From positions 116,128,001 to 116,192,000 of the forward strand of contig NC_045696.1 of the NCBI RefSeq assembly GCF_009834535.1: DNA of 64,000 nucleotides, given 5' to 3'. Made by a program: the position numbers and the translations under genes. Under the pieces are notes generated by a model that saw only the letters and a program-made list of their open reading frames with translations, was not told the origin of the DNA and made no database searches. The number at the start of each line of letters is the position of its first letter. The stretch's first letter is position 1. This document shows positions 28,541 to 41,750 of the stretch, in pieces. The DNA comes from Camelus ferus. Lineage: Eukaryota.

Positions 28541-28669
28541 ATGAGTTTGGAAGAATGAAGAGAAGTCAGCTGGCAGAACCCGTGGCCAGATTAATCGAAC
28601 TTTGCATTCAGACTTGGGAGGATGGAAGTTACAGGGCAAAGGGAATGGCTACACTGTATTAGCTAGTAT

Positions 28670-28855
28670 CTATCAAGTACGTACTGAGTGCCAGGCACTG
28701 TTCTAAATGCACTACATGAGTTAACGCAATCATCCTTACAGCATCCTCACAGTTACTCTTTTCCCATTTCTCAGATGAGAAAGACTGAGGCACAGAGAGA
28801 TAACAGAGCCATCAAGAGGGGCAGCTGGGGTTCGAATTCAGGCAGACCGACTCTA
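28670..28855 (-). mobile_element. MIR SINE
   Basis: gtgccaggcactgttctaaatgc...cccatttctcagatgagaaagactgaggcacagaga. Confidence 0.8.
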
Positions 28856-29424
28856 CTGTGCCCACTGTCCTCAGAAGAGACAGTGAAAGCAAAAGTCTTA
28901 GAAAAAGAAAGGCTTACGGCGAGTTCAGAACCAGCAGGCTTTGAGAACATCAGCTGCTCCAAGCAACTGCAGAAGAGACTGCAGTCTATGGCTGTAACGC
29001 TCCCGCCCCCTGCTGGCGGCATGTGCTTACTGCAGGCTTTTGATGGCTTTGTGTTCAACAAGACAGAAGGAGCACTTTCCTGCAGAGCAATGATCACCAA
29101 AATTTCTGCAAAGTCCTGAAATTACACCTGATCTATAAGCGTGCATCAGGAAGAATTTGGCACTCCTTCCATTCTTCTCTTAGCCTCTCAGCTCTCTGCC
29201 ACGTTCTAAAGGCTCCTCAGCAGAATCAATCCTGTGCCCTGTCCTCACCAACTTCTTTTAGGAAACTTTCCAGGATTGATTTTTTTTTAACCATGACAAA
29301 TTTGAAATTCACTGAAGCAGTAAGGAAGCTAAAGTTAAATTAATCAGAATACAATCCTCAGACAAGACAATCAAGCTGCTGAGGGAGGCTGTTTGTCCTT
29401 GGAAAATACTTGAAAAAGAGCCAG

Positions 29425-30122
29425 TGTAGCTGAAACAAGTCGTTCCCCGGTGGCCACATGGGATCCATCACTAGGCAAATAAGAAGATGGAGAGGGAACA
29501 CTCCTCTGAATGAACCAGAAGTAGCCTCTATTTTCAATCAAATTCCCCTTCTCTTCAGAGGTAAGAGGCTGTCCCTAGGAGATTCAAAACCCCTGGGGCT
29601 TCCACAAAATTGTCTAGTAAGGGAAAGTAGAAGTAAGATAAAAGCCAGGAAACAATGCAATTGAACGAGTACAAAACAAAGATGGCTAATGAGTTGCTCA
29701 AGCCTGTACTTCTAGCTAAACTGCTCTTAGGACCAGCACACTCCCTTCCCTGTGAGTTCCTTTCTTAGAATAACTTATCCTTTTACTCCAGAGGTCTTGA
29801 AAGTAGGTCGTGGACTGAACCTCAAGAAAATCGGCAGACCTTCCTAAATGCCTGCAAAATAACAGTAAGTTCTTATCAAGATGCAAGAAACATAGCCCCT
29901 GTGTAAAACACCCTGATTGTTAGCACCTTTTCTGTTCCACCCAGTTTTTCTATAAAACCTCAAAAGCCCAGCCCCAAGAGGGGCTCACAGTCTTTAAGGC
30001 ATGAGCCTGCTGTGAGCCCCTTTGCCTGGCAAAGCAATTAGAGCTGTTTTTTTGTATCTTCCCCAAACTCTGCCTCCGATTCTCAATTCGGCTATCAGGG
30101 TAAAGAGACCAGTTTTTTGGCA
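29425..30122 (+). mobile_element. ERV-type solo LTR
   Basis: TG start, TATAAAA at 29951, R/U5-like end (ctcacagtctttaaggcatgagcctgctgtg...gagaccagttttttggca) running into poly(A). Confidence 0.65.
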
Positions 30123-30654
30123 AAAAAAAAAAAAAAAAAAAATGACAGTCTTAAAAAGATGGTTTATCTATGCTAGAAAAAGGCCTGACAAATTTTTTTT
30201 TAAATCTGTCAAATTTGTTTAAATCCCTCCCAAGATATATTATGTAGGGAAACTTGCTCATTCTACCTTCGTGGCAAATACAAATAAGTTAGTGGCTGTT
30301 CTTTAAGCCACTTCTAATCCCCAAGGCAAGCAAGCTTGTTGCTGGAATTTTGAGGATACTGATTCATGGATGTTCACTGTGAGTACTAACTTGATACTGA
30401 CTAGACACCTGTCTGTCTATCTGTCAGGTTTGGAAAGACACAAATACATTTGCATACTGCTGCTACCAAGCAGAGGGCTGAAACCTTTGCCTCCAGGTCA
30501 CATCAACTCAGTAGATAAATGTCTCACGGGAGGTGCTTGGGCCAAGTAAGCCTGTCACTTCAAGGACTTCTTGTTTGTTTCAATAAAGCATCAGGAGTTC
30601 CATGAAGAATTAATCAGAACCTCTCCCCTTCAGTCAGTGTGGAAGCTTATGCCC

Positions 30655-31065
30655 TACGTCAGTTGTCTATCACCACAACAGTGCAGTGCAGCCACCACTA
30701 ACCAACGGCACACAGCATTAAGCCTTCATCGCGCTCAGGTTTGCGGGCACCCGGGTGGCTCTCAGGCAGCTCTCACCTGTGTCACGTGTGTGAGGCTGTG
30801 TCCCTCACACCACTGCCGGCCAGGCCAGTGGTGTTCCCGGTGCAGTGTTCTCAGCAAGTGAATACATGGAAGTCACGATGCCTTCTTAGACGCAGTCTCA
30901 GAAGTGGCATTGTCACTTCTGCCATGTTCTGTTGGCCAATGCAACGCACAACACAAGCCCAGGTTCAGGGGGACCAGTCTTCACTGGGAGGGAATGCAGT
31001 CTCAAGGCCAAGGGCGTGGTTACAAGGATGGGCAAAAGAATGGGGGCCATGGCTGGGATCTACCA
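30655..31065 (-). mobile_element. MLT1-like MaLR LTR
   Basis: gaagtggcattgtcacttctgccatgttctgttggcc...aagcccaggttcagggg. Confidence 0.55.
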
Positions 31066-31414
31066 CAGGCTCAGAAGATCAATGAAATCCACTCGGTCAC
31101 TTCGCCAGTTTCCCACATGTACTCCCTGCACTTGCCCTGCTCGGTGGGTGATCTGCGTGCTCTCTAGATTGTACTGGTGAGCGTTAATCACGACGAGATT
31201 CTTAAACCTCTCTCCCTGTGAGATCCGGAGCACCCCAGACCTTACTCCAGATTATCCCAGAGCCTTTGGATCTGACATGAATTATCACTTAGTGCCATCA
31301 ATTCCACATTGCTACCTGGTCCAAACTTCATTAGAGAGCAGTTTCGAGCTTAAGAAAAAGCAAGCAGATGTCCCTAATTTTGTCTCCTACTAAACCACAA
31401 TCTTTGGTCAAAAA

Positions 31415-31845
31415 ATATGTATCCATTCATATTTTGTTTCAATTTTTAGAAATGTGTGTGACAACATAAGATTTTTAAAAATTAGGCTACCACAGCCAGA
31501 CTCCTTTGTGCTGTTTTGCAATGAATCTCTTACTCTCACTTCTAGCCCCTCAAAACCACTGTTGATAATTTTGCCTTTTCCAGGATCCCACAGAAAGTCC
31601 AGGATGGTAGCACACAGTATACAGCTTTTAGTTTGGTTTCTTTCACTTCGAATAATGCTTTTGGGATACACCTGTGTTATATGTGCATCGGTATTTTTCC
31701 TTTTTATTGCTGAACAATATTCTCTTGTAAGCATGCACTGTCGTTTGCCCATTCACCAATTGATGGACATTGGGTAATTTCATGTGTTTGGCTATTATGA
31801 ATCATGTTGCTGTAAACATTCATGTACAGATCTTTGTGTGATCAT
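31415..31845 (-). mobile_element. L1M-type 3' fragment
   Basis: ctttttattgctgaacaatattc...attcaccaattgatggacattggg...ggctattatgaatcatgttgctgtaaacattcatgtac. Confidence 0.8.
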
Positions 31846-34140
31846 AAAAAATAAATAAGTAAAAATAATTAAAAATACAAATTAGGGATCACAGGTTAAT
31901 TTCTTGATCAGTTGCAGCAGGAATTTTTCTGGGTAAAAATTAAAACACATACTGTCTGGATTTTCTTTTTTACTTGTAAGAAGGAAGTAAGGAACTTTTT
32001 TTTTTAATTGGCTTTTGGCTTTTAAATGGCCGTGCTGAATTCCCCTTCTTGAAGATGTCCATATAATGACTATTCTGTTCTTGAACGACTAGGTTTTACC
32101 CAAGTCATTACTTCCTTCCATCTCAGTCTCTTACTCCTCTTTCTTTTTCCACTCCACACCTGTTCTGTTACTGCACTAGAAATAGTATGTCAATGGAACA
32201 TACAAGACCCCTGTTTCCTCAGTTTGCAAATTTCGAAACAGGGTTTAACAGGAGAATCTAATATTTCACCAATTATCCTTCTCTGACTGTATTCCAAGTA
32301 ATTTTGCAAAGAACGAGTGCAAAAACTTATCCTTGTTTCTTTTTATGATTTTTCCTACTTTGTCAAGATTTCAGTAACAACTTGATAAGCCATAATATGC
32401 TTCTTCTGGTATTTCTGTCTTGCTGGGTTGATGATATACCAGGCAGCCCAACTCTGCCCAGAGGATAGGTGTGCATTCAAAATATTAAACCTTTAGCAGA
32501 GACAAATGTGGCAGCAATTTGAGATCCTCCCCCTGCCCCAGTACTTCCCAAGTCCACAGAATTTCTAAATTTAGCCCCTGGATCAATGACCTGCTCATGT
32601 CACTGTCATGCACATTCTTTTTTACTCCACCTGACAGTCTGCCTACCTGTTCGTATGTTGGAATGTAAAAAACAATTTCAAGGAATAAAATCATCTCGCC
32701 TAACCTGTCTCTGCTAATGCCAACCGTATTGATTGCTTGACCTTTGCTAAGTCTACTGACTAGATGGTGTATAATGTTTGAGGATTAAAGATGCTGACTT
32801 ATTTCTTTTCTAAGTCAAATTTAAATTCTGACTACCCAGAATCAAACCCTGCACACTGGCTCAACTGGCCCCAGCTTTGCACACTTTGCACGACTCTCTT
32901 TGACATTTGGACACAATTTATTGATTGGATTTTTAGCAGCTTGTCATTCAAGGACATCCAGCTTTGGCTGGGCCAGCATTGGCATGGCAGACTCTCAAAG
33001 GCATGAAAATGACCCAGTTTGACACAAATGTGTGTAATCTTCCTGCAGAAATAAATGGGCTCAACACGGTTACCAGTTTAACTGATAATTCTCATCCACT
33101 TACGGTTATCACGATTAACAAACAGTTTTAGTAACAAAGACACTCAGAGTTAGGGATTTTCCTTGTCAAAAGAGAAAATGGCACAGAAATCATTTCATTT
33201 TTCTCATTTCCAAGTATCTGGGGTGTGAAATCCATGGTCTAAAGTCTATTTCTGTATGATACTTTAAAACTAGCCCCGACTGCGTATCAGTTGGGTTTTG
33301 TTTAGCCTGCAATTAAAAGGATAATTTTCCATCCTTCCAAAAGGATTTCTAAGCATTTTAAAACTGGCAAATATTTTTAAAGTTAAGCACATTGCCTACC
33401 TTTGATGGCATTATTTGCCAGTCACACATGACCTTGAAGATCAAAGACTAAACACTTCCATTCTCGATTAGTGACCAAGTCATTCCTATCAGCTTACCAT
33501 CCACAACCAGAAATGACTAGAAACACCTCCAGTTAGTAGAAATAATCAGTGGAGTACCCCTGTTGATGCAATATAAAATTCAGACTAGAACACATGCATC
33601 TTAACATCTTGTACGGTTCAGCTTTGAGTGCATGGACATTGTAAGATCGGTCCCAATACAATTTGAGTAGTTTTTCCCATTGATACGAAAAGTTTTTCAG
33701 TTAAATTACAAAGTGTATGTTCTCACCTTACACCTAAAATGGAGTTAAGGTGATCAAGTTATTGAGCACTTTCAGTATGATATTAGTTTTGTGTGCTTGG
33801 ACAGCCAGTCCCGTAAAATGAAACTGGAATAGTAAGGACGTGTGTGGGTAATGGTTACCATTCTGGGCAGCTCAGTTGCACTGTGAAATACCAGCTGATG
33901 GATCTGCCAAGATCCACGAGACCGAGGTAGCTAAGGCTTGAGAAGAAAGAGAAGCACCCAAGATACGGGTCACTTCAGGTCTTAAAATAATGAAATGGAA
34001 CAGCAACGCCTTTCCGGATTCTGGCATCACTTTCTGAACCTGCCATCCACGCGTTCAGTGGTTCACAAACCAGGAGCAGATGAAGGCCACAACCTCATTA
34101 AGGTAGGTCAATAAAGAGAAGTAGCCCCCAATGACCTAAC

Positions 34141-34320
34141 ATAGAGGTTATTCGATTTTTGCATGCATCAGAGACACCTGGAGGATTTGTTGAAGCATGG
34201 ATCCCTGGGTCCTAGTCTGATTCAATAGGTCTGGGTGGGGGACCAGGAACCTGCATTTCTGACACACTTGTAGTACTGCTGATACTGATGGCGCAGGGAC
34301 CAGACTTTGAGAACCACTAC
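34141..34320. mobile_element. MER5A DNA transposon
   Basis: gcatcagagacacctggagg...tctgattcaataggtctgggtgggg...ggaccagactttgagaaccact. Confidence 0.85.
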
Positions 34321-36440
34321 TTTCAAGCTAATTTATGTCAGTCTCCAGCTTCTGCTTTCTTCCATCACAGTCTGCACGCTTTTCACTCAGACTGAAATCC
34401 TATTGACCGTGTTTCCTGAGATGCCACAGCAAATCTCGTTACTTGTTGGTTAATTCTGTTCTTCAGGTCTGGGGTTAAAGCCACAAAGAACCTAACAAAC
34501 TCTTTCCTTTGCCTCCTCCGGGGGTCCTTGGAGCTCTGCCGTTTCCTCTGTGCCAGATACTACTTTCAGACGTGCAGTTTAAAGAGTTTCTGCTCAGACC
34601 TCCAGCTGTTTATGAAAACTGAGATGCCAGCTAACCCCTTTCTCTCTCTCCCTCTCCCTCATGATACCTTCCAGTGGAATACACTCAGCACAAGCACAAA
34701 AAAGCAAAAATAACCTCCAGTGCATGACCTACTCTTTACAAATTCCTTGACAATAATATACATACAGCAGCAGCTAAATGCTTTTCTTTCCCAGAAGGAA
34801 GATGACATGAATTGGCTCTTCCCCAGATGGAAATACACCTCCCGGGGTAGTTTGGAGATGCAGGAATTTGGAGCGTGAGAGTGAATGGCTTCTCAGAGGC
34901 TTCTTTAAGACGGTTTTCATTTCCTTGTTCTTGTCCCATCCCTCCGCAAGAGGGTGTTCAGGAGGTCCTGAGAGAACCAGGATAAAGAAAGACTCTTAAA
35001 GACAAGCTTAGTCAACAGAACTGGTAACAAAGGCACGTGCTGGTGATACAAAGAGAAATTATGAAGCAGGAGAAATACCAGAAGGGTAAACTTCTGAGGC
35101 ACCAACTATTGCCTTGTTGCAAGGAGTTTTGTTTCTGACCAGGATGTCTCCTCATTTTCCAAGACAGGCTTCTGTTATGTTTAATCAGCACATTGGTAGG
35201 AAATTAAGGAACATTTTGAAAGTGAGAGCAGAGGTACCACACTCTGTCTGTTCTTTCAGTGACATGTGGCTATTTTTATCTCTAGGCTAAACCACTTCTA
35301 GACTAGGGAAAAAAATCCCTTTGCTTTCCACTATAAACAAGAGACTAAATCTAAACTCAAAGCAGGGTACTGAATAAACAAAAATGAGGACTCCTTGTTA
35401 TTTCTCTTGGCATATAGATTATTTACAGCATGGATTACTTGCATACTTTTAAATCCATCTAAATTGGCTCTAAATAGTCCACTGAGTGGCAAAAACAATT
35501 GGTGTGTGTTCAAAAAGCAAATTAGTTTTAACTTAAGCCTGAGCAAAATATTTTAAAATGGTAAACCAGACTGTCCCCCTCCCATACACACAACAAAAAC
35601 TTCAAATGCATCCTTAAGTCAGTTTTTTTACAAACTCCACTATCTCCTCTGCACAGGAAAATCAAAAGTTGACTTCTTTGTCTAAGAATATGACTCAGTC
35701 TGCATCCTCAGAAAAGGGTAAAAATTGAGGTGAATGACACGCCCAGAAAACTGCAATGCTACATGTGATTTCACATCATATTTACATACTTCATATCAAG
35801 AAGCTGCTGATTATTACTTCTGTCCTCCTTCCTCATTTTCCTGCATTTCCTCACCCCAGCTACACTCACCACGTCCTGCAGTCATTTCTTTTTCCATTTT
35901 ACACTTGCTTCACCTTTAAATGACGCATGCTTTAAAACACCAGGAGGAAGGGTTGAGTTGACGTTCATAGTAACTGATTTTAATTCTTCACTGGGACTAA
36001 AGCACTCTCATTCAAAAAGCACTGTTACACTCTGACCCCCTCAGATAAGGTAGAGTTGAAATAAAAAGTCTGAGTGTATAGTACATGTAACACAGAAGCA
36101 GTTTGGTACCAGAACGTGAAACGATGTCTGTTTCTAGTATTTTCTTGATAATAGAGCAGATGTCTATTACTCATATGCTAAATTTGCTAGCAATGGGTAA
36201 GTTAATATTAAAAGGGAGGTTATTCTGGCACCCCACCACCACCACCACTTCATCCAGTCAGCTTTTTCCACGTCAGAGCTTCTATTAATAATAACCCGTA
36301 CTTGTTAATATGTTCTCACCATATGCCAGATGCCGTCAGGCACTTTAACTTGTAATTTTACACTTTACATTGGCTCATTTAGTTATCAAAACAATCCACA
36401 GCAACAATCACTTGAGAACTGCAAAAATTGAGTTTAAAAC

Positions 36441-36496
36441 AATTAATAAGTAAAACCTAATTACCTCCTCCCTCTACCAAAAAAAAAAAAAAAAAA
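36441..36496 (+). mobile_element. Tail-only (5'-truncated) Vic-1-like SINE
   Basis: aaacctaattacctcctccctctacc followed by poly(A), the same 3' module as the full SINE copies. Confidence 0.7.
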
Positions 36497-37370
36497 CCAA
36501 CAAATTTTTTTAAAAATTAAAAATGGCCCTGGTTCACACCGCTGGTAATAATAACAATGCTAAAATCCAAACTCTGAAGCGTCAAAGGTCATGCACTAAA
36601 CTCCATGCACTGATGCCTACCTTGAAAACAGCAAAAGAGCTCAAAAACAACAAGATGGCAGAAGTTTTTCAAAGTCTAGTGAGATCCAAATGTCAATGAA
36701 AGCTTCCCCTAAGAGCTATTCATTACAACTATCAGCTCTTGCTGGCTTACAAACAGGTTAAAAAGGAAATTAGCTGAAGTAGATTTTAATCACTTAAATG
36801 GATTTTTTTTTCTCCTTCAACAGGTGATTCGTTTCACCAAAGCAAATTCTGCCAAGAGAATTAGATAAACAAGCAACCTGTAATTGAACGGTTCTTATCT
36901 AGTCTTCCCTGGAAGTTAGTGGAATTGGATTCATGGTTTCTGTCCCTTTGGCTATTAAAAAATAAAAAATAAAAGCTAATATTTCAACTAATACCTTATA
37001 GCAAAGAAAAGGAGCTAACAGTAGCATTTTGCTTTTTTCCTATCTTTACCATGTTTAGCTATTTGCAGCTGAACCAGTAGTACCAAAAGCATGGAGGTCA
37101 CTCAAAAATCATGGACCTTAACTCTGCAAGTTACTTAATTATTTTTAAAAAATCAATGTGACGTGGTTCCTTGGGTGTTTATACATTATTAATTTATTTA
37201 CCATAGTACACAGAAATTTCATCAACCCAAAGCATGTTGAACAGTCACCAAGGAAATCACTTTCTTCTTAGAAAAATTCAGATGATGAGTTTCCTTTGAA
37301 CTAGAAGTAAGGGTTATATAAAGAAATGGGTAAGGGGTACGATTTCCAGGAAGCTTAATTTAGAAAAAGT

Positions 37371-37900
37371 CTGGATAAAGAAGTTGTGGTATATTTATAC
37401 AATGGAATGCTACTCAGCCATAAAAAATGACAACACAATGCCATTTGCAGCAACATGGATGTCCCTGGAGAATGTTATTCTAAGTGAAGTAAGCCAGAAA
37501 GAGAAAGAAAAATACCATATGATATCACTCATATGTGGAATCTGAAAAAAAAAAAAAAAGGAAAGAAAACAAATGAACTTATATATAAAACAGAAACAGA
37601 CTCACAGACATAGAATACAGACTTGTGGTTGCCGGGGGGAAGGGGGTGGGAAGAGATAAACTGGGAGTTCAAGATTTCCATATAGTGACTGGTATATATA
37701 AAATAGATAAACAAGTTTATACTGCATAGCACAGGGTAATATATTTAGTATCTTATAGTAGCTTATGGTGAAAAAGAATATGAAAATGAATATATGTATA
37801 TTCATGTATGAGTGAAGCATTGTGCTGTACACCAGAAATTGACACAACATTATAAACTGACTACAACTCAACTTGAAAAAAGGAAAAATGAAAAAGAAAA
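37371..37900 (+). mobile_element. Young 5'-truncated L1
   Basis: ORF2 end, 3'UTR and A-tail; TSD-like agaaaaagtctgga (37362-37375) / agaaaaggcctgga (37901-37914), 12/14 match. Confidence 0.93.
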
Positions 37901-37914
37901 AGAAAAGGCCTGGA

Positions 37915-38729
37915 GTTTGGGCCAAGATGGCAACATAGGAAGATGCTGGGCTCACCGCCTCCCACAGGCACACCAAAATCACAACTACTTACAGAGAAAC
38001 TCTCTACTGGAATGACCTGAAGACTAGCAGAAAAGACTTTTCACCGCTGAAGAAATAAAGAAGGAACCACAACAAGATGGACAGGAGGAGTGGAGACACG
38101 GTTTAGTCAAAACCCACCTCCAGTGTGGGCGACTCCCAAAGGAGGGGGGGAGTCACAATTTCAGAGGTTCTCCCCAAGAAGCAAGGGGTCAGAGCCCCTT
38201 ATAAGGCTCCCCAGTCCAGAATGCTACACTGGGAAGAAGAACTCCCAGAATATCTGGCTTTGGAATATTACTCAGCCACAAAAAAGAATGAAATCTTGCT
38301 ATTTGCAACAATGTGGATGGATCTAGATAGTATTATGCTAAGTGGAGTGAATCAGACAGAGAAAGACAAATGCTGCATGATCTCATTGATAATTGGGATC
38401 TAAACAAACAAAACGAAAACAGACTCAAACACAGAAAACAAATGCATGGTTGTCAGAAGGAGGGTGTAAAACAGGTGAATGGGATTAAAAGGTACAAATC
38501 TCTAGTTAGTACAATAAATACATCACAGTGATGGAACATACGGCATAAGGAATATGGTCAATAATATTGTAATAACTTTGTATGGGGACAGATGGGTTAC
38601 TAGACTTATGGTCTCAATCTTTTTCATAATGTATGCAAATGTCAAATCATTATGTACTACAACTGAAACTAACACAATGTTGTATGTCAACTATATTTCA
38701 ATTTTAAAAAAGAGGAAAAAAAGAAAAAA
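37915..38729 (+). mobile_element. Older L1: 5'UTR start joined directly to ORF2 tail and 3'UTR
   Basis: ccaagatggc... L1 5'UTR-like start; from ~38261 the ORF2 C-terminus EYYSATKKNEILLFATMWMDL...MISLIIGI*; A-tail at ~38706-38729. Confidence 0.8.
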
Positions 38730-41104
38730 CCCTGCAAACTGTGATTATAATTATATGCTCTGAAATGAAAATCCCTTACTGGTACAGTATCAAAAGAAAC
38801 CTACCAATAATTCTGTACCATTCTTCTGTTTGTTTTTCTAATTTAATAGATAATTATCAAATGCTTCCTAGGGGCCAGTCGCTGTGTAAGGCACTGGAGA
38901 TACAGCAGTGAATAAAACAAATGTGACTCCTGATCCTTAGAGCTTATAGTGCTGGTAGGGGAGTCAGGCTTTGAGACGCCCCTGGTCTTAAAGATGCACA
39001 AATAAAAGCCTGATCATCTCCAAATCTGTAGAACTGTGCTTCCTAGAGAAAATTCCATGAAACTCCATCTGTCCAGAATTCTCCAGCTTTCCCTAATTGG
39101 GGCCAATCCTATTCTCTGCCCAGAAATCCAGTCAAGAGTAACACCTCTAACTGCTAGGGCTGAGTGGGGTGAAGAGCTTCCCAGATTGAACAAATTCTGA
39201 GAGTCCCAGAGGCTGCTGGTAAGCATATTCTCAGCTCTTTTCCAAGGACAAGATTCAAGCCAAAGCATGTACTGAGATATCCTTTGTATCATGTGAAGAG
39301 TAGGAAGCAACAGGGGCCATAGAAAGAGCCTATGTTTGGTGGTAGGAAATACTCAAATCAAATTGATTCAAACAATGAAGGGAATTACAGGTTCCAGTCA
39401 TCGAGAAGACCAGAGGTCAAATGGGCTTTAAGTGCAACTTCATTAGGGTTTGTTTTCATTTCTCTTTGATTTTTAGGCATTCTTCTTTGTATCCACTTGG
39501 TCTTCAAGGTGGCTTTTCTCATGGACAAAAGAGCACTGCTAAGCAGGAGTGGAGCTACAATTCTTTCTCAAACACATCCAGGTTTTATAGTTTCCCATAA
39601 CAATAGAACAAAACCTCTAAGGTTTACTCTGATTGGACTGCCCTAAGCAATCACTGTGGCCAAAGGAATATCATGTACATGCTGGTGTCTGCCCAGGTCA
39701 GGAAGTCCCCCACCTTGGCCAATCTCTCTGCCCAGGGAAATCAGATAATCCTAAGTGGCTTTTCCTGTTCACAGCCCAATGCGGGAGACGTGGATCATGG
39801 TGGCCAACAAAATGGAACGAGGTAGAATGAATGCCAGGGAGACGACGAGAATAATTGTTTTGTATGGTTTTCCTTCAATTAGTTGTTTATCCATAGTAAC
39901 GTGTTTCCTCCCAACAGAAGCAACATCCAGTAAGCAAAGCCTAGGCCAGTTGACTCACAACTGATAAAAGAAGTGTTTCCAAATTCTTCCCCTGCTAAAT
40001 CAACAATGACACAGAAACTCATGTGCTGCTTTGGTGCAGCTTTATCAGTGAAGGAGCCTGGGTAGCATCCCAGCTGATCAGTCAGCAGCAGCTGAGGAGA
40101 GAATCAAAAAATCACTTTTCAATTGTCTATCCAAATATTATCTGCACTTGATCTGCAGACATTCAACTGTCAACCCAAGGGGACTTCACCCAAACAAAGC
40201 AACTCCTACAACACCCTGGGCTCACGGTCCCAGGTGACCACCCTCTTGGATGTTCATTAGAATTTCGTATTCTCACTAGACTTTTTTAGAAAATGTCCTT
40301 AAGCTCGATAGAGCAGCCTGATTTCTCTGCTAATTACTCTGATTCCCAAATGCTAGGAGGGACTTTTGGAAGAAACTATATTTGGTGAAATGTAGGTTTT
40401 CCAACTCTTTGTAAGTGAACTTATTTATCTGTTCTTCTTTCCAATTTGAGTTCCCCACAGGAATCAATGGCTTTAACCATTAGAATGCTGGTCTCAATAG
40501 GCAAAATTCTTTCACTTCTCCGTTGTATCTTTTTGCTTCCAAGTACAACGTGGTGAGTAAGAACATGAGCTTTGTGGTCTGAGTCTTGTGTGTGAGACAA
40601 GCCTCCACTAGCTGTGTAATCTATGTTATACCAACTATCTGTTAAAGAAAAATTTTTTTCTAATTGTAAGGTAAAATCATGGCTCTCAGACAAATGGATA
40701 CAAAATGAATGTGTCAAAAAGTTTATTTAATGCATTAGTCAATGAGGAAACCAGTAAGATGTTACAACCAGCTCCAAGGATAATTCAAAGAACTACATCT
40801 ATATAAGCAATAAGGAACACTGAACTGAAATTACAGAGGCAAAGAGGTCTATCCTCAAAGCACTAAGGAGGTACATTTTGAACACAGTTTATTTGCATTT
40901 CTAAGGAAAAGAATCATAATTGTCATCAGTTTTCTGAAGCTTACAAATTGGTAAATTCACTCAAAGACAGTGAAAGACATAGATAACTCTGAAGACTGCA
41001 CTAATAAGATGTTAGGTAACCTTCTTGCGGAGGAGGAGCGGAGGTGGGGATTTGAGCATTTCAAAGTTTTTCACCATTTTTTCTGAATATGTCGTCAAGT
41101 TAAA

Positions 41105-41750
41105 AATCCATCAAGAGAATGAAAAGATAAGCTACAGATTGGGGAACAAATATTTGCAAGAGAACATATTTGACAAAGTATTGTTATGCAAAATATACAA
41201 AGAACATCTAATACTCAACAACAACAACAACAAAAAAAACCTCATTAAAACACCTCAACGGACACCTCACTAAAGAAGATATATGGGAGTGCGGGGCAGG
41301 GAGGGTACAGCTCAGTGGTAGAGGGCGTGTTTAGCATGAAGTCCTGGGTTCAATCCCCAGTACCTCCATTAATTAAATAATTAATTAATCAATCCTAATT
41401 ACCTCCCTTCCCAAAAAAAAAGACTAAAAAAGGAAGATATATAGATGGCATATAAGCATAAGAAAAGATGCTCCACGTCCTATATCATCAGGGAAACGCA
41501 AATTAAAATGACGATGAGATACCACTACACACCTATTAAAATGGCCAAAATTCAAAGCACTGACAACACCAGATGCCAGCAAAGCTGTGGAACAGCAGGA
41601 ACTCTCATTCATTACGGGTGGGAATGAGAATTGTACAGTTACTTTGGAAAATGGGTTGACTTTTTTTTTTTTTTAATAAAACTAAACACTCTTACCATGC
41701 AATCATTCTCCTTGGCATCTACCAAAAGAGTTGAAAACTTATGTCCAGCA
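41105..41750 (+). mobile_element. Old L1M ORF2 3' fragment
   Basis: gagaatgaaaagataagctacagattgggg, atgagataccactacacacctattaaaatggcc, ggaactctcattcatt. Confidence 0.85.
41285..41430 (+). mobile_element. tRNA-Ala-derived SINE (Vic-1-like) inserted in L1
   Basis: ggagggtacagctcagtggtagag...ttagcatg...gtcctgggttcaatccccagtacctcca; TSD gaagatatat (41275-41284 / 41433-41442). Confidence 0.92.

Noticed and set aside
33755..33810. Possible pre-miRNA hairpin (ttgagcac...gtgcttgg)
   Set aside because: Stem is short and GU-dependent
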